Shown here: positions 1 to 10,526 of the stretch, one piece after another
Numbering within the stretch: the first letter of the stretch is position 1
Layout: each line of letters begins with the position of its first letter
Origin: Trypanosoma brucei
Taxonomy: Eukaryota
DNA: 64,000 nt
Reading direction: 5' to 3'
NCBI GenBank assembly: GCA_000002445.1
Contig: CP000067.1
Coordinates: 1,472,001-1,536,000 of the forward strand
Program-made: the position numbers and the translations under genes
The notes under the pieces: model-generated
The model's input: the letters and a program-made list of their open reading frames with translations, nothing else
The model's database searches: none
What the model was told of the DNA's origin: nothing

Positions 1-3000
1 GAGGAATACGCCGCCGAACACGCTGAAATCCAAATGCGGAAGGGATTTTGTGACGACCCATACGGGAGGCAGAGAGAGGATACGGGAACAAATTACTACA
101 AAATAACCATCGAAGCAATGAGAAATACGGTGGGGCTTACCAAAGAGGGCGTGGTCAACCTTCAGGTGCAACATACAGGACGTGCTTGCGTGGTCTGACA
201 AGGCGGTGAAGGAACGTGAAATATATCCCTGACTTCCGACGAAACAAGAGGCAGCGATGGATATCACAAAGTTTCAAATAGGAGACCGAGGAGCATACAA
301 CGCTGACATGGCGACATGGCGAAGGTCGACGAGCAATGTAAGCGCGGAGCATGACTGAACATTTGCATGGCAGAAAGGCTTCGTCAGACACAGATGCAGA
401 AAGAAAATGATGCGGCAGAGGTTAAGGACCAAGTAAAACACGACACAGCATATGGGGGGAAATGTCAAGCAAGATCTGTTGTGTAATTTCTTTTTCAATA
501 AAATTGGAAGTTATGTTGTGTGGACGGTGAGTATGATATGCGAGGAGGGCAGTTGCGGAAAGGCTGAATGAAAATGACTGCTGTTGTGCTCCGTCGGGCA
601 AAGCCGCTGCTGGCTCAGAAGATATAGCAAAAGAATATCGTAAATTCATGAATAGCACATACAACCTCAAAGTATGCGGCAAGAATTCTGACGGCAAAGC
701 CGCCACCAGCACGGTAAAAGACTGCAACCCTCAAAACCATACCACAGTTATGATATGATTTCCCGCCCAATATGACAGTATACTTTTTGACATGCAGGAC
801 CTGAAGAAAAGGGAGATAATAGATGAGTAAAAGACAGTAAATCAAGAAGTTGAAGAAACAAAGGTGATAGTTGCTAGAAACACCTCACGAAAGCCGGAGA
901 GCCTTCGCGGATTCAGTATGTCCTACTTGATGCAGGGGGCGGTAATCTAACGCACACACGGTAGCACGATCCTGGAATTGTCATCGCCCCAGGAACAACT
1001 ACGGATGGAGGCACAAAGAGGTGAAACATAACAACGGAAAGCAGGCGGCGTTCAGGGTACTATTTGAAACTCCTCAGACAAGCCAGACTTACGTGGTGCA
1101 AAAACAAAAAATAGTGCACAGTCGGGAAGGGAAGTGAAGGGAGGTTCGCAACAACGGAAGAACAGAATACCGAGAGACGATCAGGCACTTCCTCCAATAC
1201 AAGAAACTCGTGCAATTCATCATGATATAGCTTCCAGCATTCAGTTCAGAAGGACAGTTAAGCCACAAAACAACGGCCACATAGACACAGGCGAGAAACA
1301 GTAAAACCCAGAGGGTGACAAAACATCTCGTTGCCAAGCGACCGAAACAAACCGAAATGTTGTGCCACTAAACGGGGATTAAGGTTCACTCGGCACTAAA
1401 GAATATATGCAGGGTAGCAGGAACCTGCATACGAATACACATGAAGGTAGGGGGAACGTTCTACTACTTGCTTGACAATTCTGTGGCCAAGCTGCTGAAG
1501 CTGTTCTCAAGGAACTCGGCACATGGAGAGTAAATGTACAGGAAGAGGGGGGAAAAGTTTCTCTGGAAGTGGTTGTCCGTTTCGGGAGTCAAACGTTGCT
1601 TAGGGTTCTGGATCTTTGAATATTCTTTAGAGATTATGACGGTCGCAAGCGTAGGTATGTTCTTCCGCTGTACCCTGGTCTAGTGGTCAAGTAGCGTCCG
1701 CGTCACAGATAGTACAGGGATCGGTCCCCGCGGCCGGCGAGTATTTAGCTTACACTAAGGATGAATCTGCCTCAACGTGGCGCTAGGGTTCAGGAACAGA
1801 AAAGAAATAAACTGGGAAGTCAAATGTTCCATCCAAACGGCGGCCGCAACACCGGATCTGACGCGCCCGCTCCGTGGGGAGAGAACTATTACTAAGTATT
1901 CCACGGTCCAGCGCCCTGCTCTGGTGTGGGAACCCTAATCCCTTATACAACTTCCGTCCGGGGAGGCAGATGGATATGGTAAACATGGTTCAAACGCAAC
2001 GTGGGAGGATCGAACGGGCGCCAAATGGAGACCGACCCCCTAGACACACGCACATACGGTCACCCAGCCGTGGGTGTCAATTCTCCAAGAAAAAAACAGG
2101 TGGTTTTAGTGGGTAGAAATGACAATCTCCAGAGCTGACCCCCACACTACCACGTTATCGTGGCGTGGTGTGCGTAAATGCATTTTCTCTTTGCCCTCGG
2201 GTGGACCGACTGCATGGTCCTGACGGTTGCGCGAGAGAAAATCAAATGAAAAAAATTGCTTTGTTCTTTGCGGTGCTTACCGATTTTTGGAGAAGTGCGG
2301 GTGTTAGGCCTGCCTGGCCATGTGTTTGTTCCGTTTAGAATGGTTGCATATTTTGGCGACGTTGAAGAAGCTGAACGTGTGGAGTTCTGTTGAGTTATAT
2401 TCTCGCGAGTATGGTGTACCAGACAAGTTACTTCGTTTGAGGCAGTCCTAGAGGCAGGGTGCGAGTTTGGAAGAAACAATTCTGGAGAGACTGAGGGTAG
2501 GGGACGTTGTTTTTGAAGGTAATTTCTTATCTATATAAGCCTTTTGTTCGCCGAGTATGTACCGGATAAGCTTCGTCAATCTTGAAGGTATTTAACAACC
2601 GCGGTGAGCGAGCTGTGGTTATTTAAGAGACTATTTTCGAAATCTGACGAAAGATGTGCCGTTTCCTTCGTCATTTCCTAAATCGATCTCATGCTGTAGC
2701 ACCCATTTCATACTTCAAATAAATTTTAGACGCCGCAGAGGAATATTATCGATTATTGAAGATCAAAATCAAAATTATGGAAGTCACTGTAGAAATATCA
2801 GATGTAAGACTACCGTGAAGGTGTGGGTGTTGGAGTGCCATCAATTTAATGCAGAAGGGGCAGAACGATGCAAAAAAAAAAATGTTAAGCGGTAGGCTGT
2901 AGTATGACTCAGCTTTAGAAGCGACGGTAAAGCAAAATAATCTGGGGAGTGCGTTAGATTAGAATGTTTTGCAAATACACGACACGTAGTGACATCAAAC

Positions 3001-5029
3001 TTTGCACTACCAAAGAAAAAAAAATAATAATAATAACAAATTAACGGCTTATCAAAACTAAGCCAAATAGCCTAGCAACAACAGAAGGATATGCCTTGTA
3101 GACAAAACTTCAAACTTTAGACGTATAACCATATTGATAAGACATATTCTGAAGCTCCGTTACTTCCAAACGTGCAAGGTGCACTGAAGGGTTTAAAAAT
3201 CAAAAGTATGCGCCGCCTGGAGATGGTGGCTGTCCTGCCGATACTACGTTAGTTGGAATCGTTGGCTCACTGTGAGGTGGAAAGCCAACCAGAAGAAGCA
3301 AGCGGCGAATATAACGCAAACACATATGAAGGAGTGATCGCAACTAAACCAGCCTACCCAGATAAAGAAGTCTCTGAATGATACAGCAAAGAATACAAGG
3401 TTTATCTTGATGGACTAACAAGACAAACTTACATGAGACGCAACAACTGCCCGAGGAAACAGGAAGCCTAGAGTTCAAATAACACAACGAATAACAAAGT
3501 GGGCAAAGTGAACTGGCATGCCTCAACCAACTGCAAAGCGTAACTCATAAGGACTTTTCGAACGTACAGCTAGAGCTCAGAAAGCATGCTGTACCTTATG
3601 GCGCACTAATGGAACCAGGCAGCAAGGCGACGAGGTACGGCAAAGGCCGTCACAAGCTGCATGCTCAAACAAGATAAACATAAGAGATGCCAAGGGGATG
3701 GGAAATTCTTGTAAAGTGGATATGTCTTAGGGAGCTGTTGGCATGATCTCAGGCACTAGAAGCCGAGTACAAAGGGACTTGCAATCACTGTGTGGTAATT
3801 ATAGTTTCTCTTGTTTCGCCGGCGGCGACCAACTAACGGACCTGAGCAAAAAGTGTGTCGATGGAGGAACGCAACTCAACCAAATCCCCATCGCCAACAT
3901 CAGGGAGAGAAGCAGAGACGCCTTTCCAACAAAGTTGGGTCACCAATCCACCGTGGCTCATGTACTGAGTGCATTCATTTCACCATTATGCTAAAATGTT
4001 TCCATCATCCATTTTATAAACTATCAGAATTTGGATAGAAAATATGCTAAAGTTTTAATGTTTTTTTTTTGGGGGGAGTTCGTGAAACTGTTGCATTCTA
4101 ATCGAGCTCTTTAAGATTTGCTTTCGTCTATTCTCCTCTATTTTCGCTATGGTCGCATGGTTTGAGCTCAAAAATAAGATTCGGAGAAAATTAAAAACTC
4201 GTCGAAAAACGAAATTTCGGTGATGATGAACATGGGTTTCTACGGTGGAGTCGACCTTTTAACATGTTGAACATATGAAAAACACAACCATTCAGAGTGA
4301 CAATTTACGTGTTTGAATTATTTCTATTGGATTAAAAGTTTAATATTCACTCTCATTTTCGTTTTTGAAGGGAAATGTTTTTAGACTAAATCGTTGAGAA
4401 CTGAGATTTTTTTTCTATTGCCACATACATAATACCTAACAGTTATGGCTTAATTGGATGCTAAGGTTATATTTGTGTAAAATGGAATAACTTAATTCCA
4501 AAAAAGTCACGATGTGACACTATATACTTGCATACAACCATGTCCCGGGGTGAATAATTGACGGCTTTCCACTAACACTGGTGGGGAAACAACATGACAG
4601 CGTGCAAGAAAAAAATTATAAAAGAGACAAACCGCCAGCTCTTATTTTTTTAAATGCGGGGACTAAGGGTGACATGCCATGTAGCGTTCGGAAAAGCAGG
4701 GGTGTTACACGTTGTGTCACGAAACTTTACTGAAAACTACAACGCAAATATCGCTAAGATATGATAACGGCAAGCTGATTTCAATTCTCGTAGCCTTGTA
4801 TGTCACAAACGTTGCTGACGTCCCGTAAACATAACATCTCCTCAGGGACCCGTGTATTAAGACATCTTTGGTTAAGTTGTTGAATTTGTTGTTAGGACAA
4901 CCGCCGTCTATTGCAGAACCCCAAATTACATCTATCACCTACAAATAAAAAGCCAAGTTCCAACCATCACCAACAACGAAGATAAAGTCACAAAAACAGC
5001 TCAACACATCCACGAAAGGAAAGGCACTA

Positions 5030-6559
5030 ATGGAAAGTCGATCCGATACCAAAGGAACGTCGCACATAGCTGTTGCAGCAGCCGTTCCAGTATTATTCAT
5101 GACGCTGATGAGGTGCGGCATGGCGCAAACAATAACGGAACCGTCTTCGGACAAAGTAACAAACCTCTGTACAGAGGCCAAGTATACAGCCCATCTGGCA
5201 GATCACATCGTAGCGGCGGCAGAAGAGCCGGAGCGCGAAATATCCGACATGCAAATTTATGCAGAGGCATGGAATCTCCTTGCCGCCAGCACAAACCAAA
5301 CAGACAAGCGTGCCGCGACATATGCCCTTGCTGCGTACATGTCCGCCGCGGCGGCAAAAGCAAAGCAGCTGCAAAACGGGAAATACAAAGCAGCAGTCTT
5401 GGCCGCTACCTACCTGCAAAGGAGATCAGCGCTGACACGAACATTGCAAGCTATGCGTGTAAAAGGCAAGACGGCTGTGGGACAGTTCACTAAAAAGCAG
5501 GGCGAAGAGGCATCATGTTCACACAAGGAAACGCCGACTTTAAGCGACGAAGGGGATTGCGGGCGACAGGATAATGCCATCAACCATCCTGAGTCAATTG
5601 CCATAGATTTAAGGACAGCGACTCACATCAAACTGGTACATGGCAGTAAGCTAAGACCACTGGAGTTAACGCACGAAGCTGATGTAAGAGAGACGACACC
5701 ATCGGAGCAAGCGCAAGTGAAAGCCACAGGTTGCAAGGCCGTGCTAAGAAGCGACTTCTATGTTACATTCATAGCATCAACTACAAAAAAGGAAGACAAA
5801 ACTGGAGTAACAGCTATTAAGATATTCGCGGGCGACGATGCAAATACAAGTTGTGCTGAGCTCAAAGACGCCACGAAGAAATCAGAAAAGGATAACGACC
5901 TACTGATCAACAAAATCTGCACCTACATAACAAAACCCGATCCGCAGATTATAACCATATCCAGTTTGACGCCAGCCATGTTAGCAAACACAACGGCAGT
6001 CCAAGTGGCGTTCAGAAGCTTCGTTCATGCAGCAACCGGTAAAGCGCCAAGCGACGCCGAGATTGAAATGCAACTTCAAAAACTTTACGGAGGGGACAAG
6101 CAACACTTCAAAAGAGACTTCGTGACAATTCTGACAACAAAGAATATGACATACCACACGGGCTCAGGATTTGTAACTGAAACATTCCTTGATGCAGCTA
6201 AAAACAACCACGCCCACAAGGTGCTGATCTATCTAAAAGGTCAAAGAGCGGCAGCACAGGCAAAACAACCAAGGACAAACGAGAGTGAAATCAACGGCCC
6301 GGTCTGCGGAGGTGAGGGCCAAGAGGAGTGCAAATTGGATGAAAAGAAAGACCCGGAGAAACCGAACGGAACTCAAATGCGGAAATGGCCTAAAGCACTC
6401 CAGTGGATGATCACACGACAAGGAGGAAATTGCAAAACAATACAGCAAGAAGATTGTAAAGAAGACTGTACATGGGATGAGGGAGCTTGTGACGGCGCAG
6501 TTGGCATTTCTGCTTCGATGAATATTTCTCTGTTCATGGCATTTTTGCTTCTAGCATAA
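5030..6559 (+). CDS. VSG-related / atypical VSG-like GPI-anchored surface glycoprotein, array copy 1 (type A), 509 aa
   Basis: Complete ORF. N-terminal hydrophobic signal (AVAAAVPVLFMTLMRCGMA). Alanine-rich heptad-like N-terminal region typical of the VSG A-type fold (NLCTEAKY..., AATYALAAYMSAAAAKAKQLQ...). Cys-rich C-terminal domain ending in a hydrophobic GPI-signal-like tail (GISASMNISLFMAFLLLA) that differs from canonical VSG C-termini. No 70-bp repeat upstream. Confidence 0.7.
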   Translation: MESRSDTKGTSHIAVAAAVPVLFMTLMRCGMAQTITEPSSDKVTNLCTEAKYTAHLADHIVAAAEEPEREISDMQIYAEAWNLLAASTNQTDKRAATYALAAYMSAAAAKAKQLQNGKYKAAVLAATYLQRRSALTRTLQAMRVKGKTAVGQFTKKQGEEASCSHKETPTLSDEGDCGRQDNAINHPESIAIDLRTATHIKLVHGSKLRPLELTHEADVRETTPSEQAQVKATGCKAVLRSDFYVTFIASTTKKEDKTGVTAIKIFAGDDANTSCAELKDATKKSEKDNDLLINKICTYITKPDPQIITISSLTPAMLANTTAVQVAFRSFVHAATGKAPSDAEIEMQLQKLYGGDKQHFKRDFVTILTTKNMTYHTGSGFVTETFLDAAKNNHAHKVLIYLKGQRAAAQAKQPRTNESEINGPVCGGEGQEECKLDEKKDPEKPNGTQMRKWPKALQWMITRQGGNCKTIQQEDCKEDCTWDEGACDGAVGISASMNISLFMAFLLLA

Positions 6560-7779
6560 AAACTTATTGGAAATACTTTATTGTAGCAAACATTAATTTT
6601 TTTCTGGAAATATCTTAATGTAGTGGAATATGCATTTTTATGGAAAGATCTTATTATACGAAACCGTATCTTTGTTGAATTATCTTGGATAAATTTACAT
6701 TCATCTTGGAAATATTTTATACAATTCTTAAATGTGCGTTTGTATTTCAACGCTTTTTGCAAACATGTGAAGACTTTGAGAGATCTTTTTTGTTGTTGTA
6801 CAAATTTGATGTTTGAATGTAAAGTGATATGTTGATGGAGTGTCAAAAGTGGGTGCCATTAGGATTTTTACTATTATGGTTTATTCAATTAATTTTATGT
6901 TTACCTTTGAAAATGTAAATATATGCAAATCTTCTCTAGTGTTGTGGCCGGGGAGTATAATGTAGTATGGTAACGGTTTACGAATGAGAAATGAGTGCTA
7001 TTCTGAAATTTTCTGTTTCGGTTTATTTGGTGTATCGTATGGATGTTAGTCAAGGTTATAAAAGTAATGGTAAGAGTGGTTGGGGTGAGGATTAGGATGT
7101 TGGTATATTTGAATAACAAGGTCTTCCAAAGGAGGAAGAGAGATAGACAAGGCAGTGAAGGGCTGCAGAGGTGTTGTGGCATGCATGGAAATGATATAGA
7201 TCTCTAAGGGAGTATCAGGTATGATTTTACTCGGGAAGGGGTTGCTGCTCATACTTGTGATTATATATTTCCTGAAGCGGTCAAATGTTTCACAACTTCC
7301 ATTAGAATAAAGTTTAGGAGAAGCAATAGGATGAGGGAAGCCCCCGCTGAATTGTTTGGCGGATATACAGTTTGATGAGTGGAAGGTTCGTTGTAGAAGC
7401 ACGCGTGCACGTCTCGCCCAATTGGTGAGAGAGCAGTAATGGCCGGATGCATTTGCCGTGAGTAACAACCCCAACAATGGATACAAAGGAGTTATTGTTC
7501 ATCATCGAGGTGTGACAACAGTAGTGGTGCATATATTTGTCGGCCCCTCGGATATGGAAAAGGGATCAAACGGTGCCGCTGGCATTGGAGGTTTTGTTGG
7601 TAATTCCTTAGAAATATCTTGCTGAAATTTGTTGAAGTTATTGAGACAACTATCTTTTCTATGTTACCCTACTATTTCATGTATTGCTTACTGGTAACAA
7701 CATAAAGTCCAATTTTTATCAACAGGGAAGTCAAGGACACCAAGGCAACGCAGCAACGTGGAAAAAGCTGGAGGAACTA

Positions 7780-9306
7780 ATGGAAAGTCGACCCGATACC
7801 AAAGGAATGTGCCACGCGACAGTGGCAGCAACTGTTCCAGTATTATTCATGACGCTGATGAGGTGCGGCATGGCGCAAACAGTAACGGAACCGTCTTCGG
7901 ACAAAGTAACAAACCTCTGTACAGAGGCCAAGTATACGGAATATTTGGCGAGTCGAATCGTAGCGGTAGCAGAGAGGCAGGAGCGCGAAATATCCGACAT
8001 GCAAATTTATTCAGAGGCATGGAATCTCCTTGCCGCCAGCACAAACCAAACAGACAAGCGTGCCGCGACATATGCCCTTGCTACGTACATGTCCACCGCG
8101 GCGGAAACAGCAAGGCGGGCACACGCTGGAAAATACAAAGCAGCAGTGGCAACTGCGAAGTTGCTACACAGGAGGTCGGCGCTAACGCGTACGTTGCTAA
8201 CGATGAGAATCCGGGGAAAGACAATAGTTGGAATAAGCAAAGAGGCCAACGGCATAGGAATATGCCCTGGTGAAGCAACACCAACATTAAGCGGCGACAG
8301 TAGTTGCGCGCACCGAACCAATGACAGCAACCAACCAGAAGGTATTGCTGTGAACTTGAAGGCAGCGACGCACATAAAATTGCTAAATAGCAGTGCACTA
8401 AGACCTCGGGGGTTAACCCATCTAGTTGAGATAAAAGAAACGAAGTGGCCAGCAAGCAGAGAAGCATTAGTCGAGAGGTGCGGGGGCTTGTTGGGAGGTG
8501 ACCATTATGTTAAATTCGAAGCATCAACCACAGGAGAAGACAGCAAAATCATAGTAGAGCCGATTAAGATATTTGAGGGTGACGATGCGGAGAAAAACTG
8601 CGCTGTCGTACAGAAAGAATCTATGAAATCAGAAAAGGACAATGATCTACTGATCAACAAAATATGCACCTACATAACAATACTCGACCCGCAGATTATA
8701 ACCATATCCAGTTTGACGCCTGCCATGTTAGCAAACACGAGCACAGTCCAAATGGCGTTCAAAAGCTTCGTTCATGCAGCAACCGGTAAAGCACCTAGCG
8801 ACGGCGAAATCGAGTTGCAACTTAAGAGCCTTTACGGTGGGGACAAGCAAAACTTCACCAGAGACTTCGTAAAAATTCTGTGGACGAAGAACGTGACATA
8901 CCACACGGGCGCAGGATTCAAAACTGAGACGCTCCTTGATGCGGTTAGAAACAAAAACGCACAGAGGGCTCTAATCTATCTGGAAGATCAAAGACCAGCA
9001 GAGGAGTCAAAACAGACACAAACGGACGAGAGTGAAATCAACGGCCCGGTCTGCGGAGGTGAGGGCCAAGAGGAGTGCAAATTGGATGAAAAGAAAGACC
9101 CGGAGAAACCGAACGGAACTCAAATGCGGAAATGGCCTAAAGCACTCCAGTGGATGATCACACGACAAGGAGGAAATTGCAAAACAATACAGCAAGAAGA
9201 TTGTAAAGAAGACTGTACATGGGATGAGGGAGCTTGTGACGGCGCAGTTGGCATTTCTGCTTCGATGAATATTTCTCTGTTCATGGCATTTTTGCTTCTA
9301 GCATAA
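7780..9306 (+). CDS. VSG-related / atypical VSG-like surface glycoprotein, array copy 2 (type B). Likely start is the MESRPDTKG ATG at 7780; the in-frame upstream ATG at 7684 gives the 540-aa track ORF.
   Basis: Paralog of copy 1 with the same signal peptide and C-terminal 120 aa and a divergent central region. Start chosen by alignment with copies 1 and 4. Confidence 0.65.
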   Translation: MESRPDTKGMCHATVAATVPVLFMTLMRCGMAQTVTEPSSDKVTNLCTEAKYTEYLASRIVAVAERQEREISDMQIYSEAWNLLAASTNQTDKRAATYALATYMSTAAETARRAHAGKYKAAVATAKLLHRRSALTRTLLTMRIRGKTIVGISKEANGIGICPGEATPTLSGDSSCAHRTNDSNQPEGIAVNLKAATHIKLLNSSALRPRGLTHLVEIKETKWPASREALVERCGGLLGGDHYVKFEASTTGEDSKIIVEPIKIFEGDDAEKNCAVVQKESMKSEKDNDLLINKICTYITILDPQIITISSLTPAMLANTSTVQMAFKSFVHAATGKAPSDGEIELQLKSLYGGDKQNFTRDFVKILWTKNVTYHTGAGFKTETLLDAVRNKNAQRALIYLEDQRPAEESKQTQTDESEINGPVCGGEGQEECKLDEKKDPEKPNGTQMRKWPKALQWMITRQGGNCKTIQQEDCKEDCTWDEGACDGAVGISASMNISLFMAFLLLA

Positions 9307-10526
9307 AAACTTATTGGAAATACTTTATTGTAGCAAACATTAATTTTTTTCTGGAAATATCTTAATGTAGTGGAATATGCATTTTTATGGAAAGATCTTA
9401 TTATACGAAACCGTATCTTTGTTGAATTATCTTGGATAAATTTACATTCATCTTGGAAATATTTTATACAATTCTTAAATGTGCGTTTGTATTTCAACGC
9501 TTTTTGCAAACATGTGGAAATTTTGAGAGATCTTTTTTGTTGTTGTACAAATTTGATGTTTGAATGTAAAGTGATATGTTGATGGAGTGTCAAAAGTGGG
9601 TGCCATTAGGATTTTTACTATTATGGTTTATTCAATTAATTTTATGTTTACCTTTGAAAATGTAAATATATGCAAATCTTCTCTAGTGTTGTGGCCGGGG
9701 AGTATAATGTAGTATGGTAACGGTTTACGAATGAGAAATGAGTGCTATTCTGAAATTTTCTGTTTCGGTTTATTTGGTGTATCGTATGGATGTTAGTCAA
9801 GGTTATAAAAGTAATGGTAAGAGTGGTTGGGGTGAGGATTAGGATGTTGGTATATTTGAATAACAAGGTCTTCCAAAGGAGGAAGAGAGATAGACAAGGC
9901 AGTGAAGGGCTGCAGAGGTGTTGTGGCATGCATGGAAATGATATAGATCTCTAAGGGAGTATCAGGTATGATTTTACTCGGGAAGGGGTTGCTGCTCATA
10001 CTTGTGATTATATATTTCCTGAAGCGGTCAAATGTTTCACAACTTCCATTAGAATAAAGTTTAGGAGAAGCAATAGGATGAGGGAAGCCCCCGCTGAATT
10101 GTTTGGCGGATATACAGTTTGATGAGTGGAAGGTTCGTTGTAGAAGCACGCGTGCACGTCTCGCCCAATTGGTGAGAGAGCAGTAATGGCCGGATGCATT
10201 TGCCGTGAGTAACAACCCCAACAATGGATACAAAGGAGTTATTGTTCATCATCGAGGTGTGACAACAGTAGTGGTGCATATATTTGTCGGCCCCTCGGAT
10301 ATGGAAAAGGGATCAAACGGTGCCGCTGGCATTGGAGGTTTTGTTGGTAATTCCTTAGAAATATCTTGCTGAAATTTGTTGAAGTTATTGAGACAACTAT
10401 CTTTTCTATGTTACCCTACTATTTCATGTATTGCTTACTGGTAACAACATAAAGTCCAATTTTTATCAACAGGGAAGTCAAGGACACCAAGGCAACGCAG
10501 CAACGTGGAAAAAGCTGGAGGAACTA

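Noticed and set aside
1640-1760. Possible tRNA gene (ggtctagtggtcaag ... gggatcggtcccc resembles D- and T-arm motifs)
   Set aside because: No consistent cloverleaf could be built. The acceptor stems do not pair and the T-loop is non-canonical. The similarity is better explained by a retroposon 5' signature fragment, or by chance.
5093-5493. Overlapping antisense and alternative-frame ORFs inside the VR-like genes (e.g. 5093-5419 -, 5113-5493 +, 7758-8273 +, 8007-8467 -)
   Set aside because: Arg/Cys-rich translations typical of out-of-frame reading of Ala/Lys-rich coding sequence. They are fully nested in well-supported genes.
6373-6846. 157-aa minus-strand ORFs in the VR-array intergenic spacer, repeated at 9120-9593 and 11867-12340 (and 129 aa at 14582-14971)
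   Set aside because: They lie in AT-rich spacer and overlap the 3' end of the plus-strand gene. They are Lys/Phe/Ile-rich and low-complexity, with no recognisable motifs. They recur only because the whole unit is tandemly repeated.
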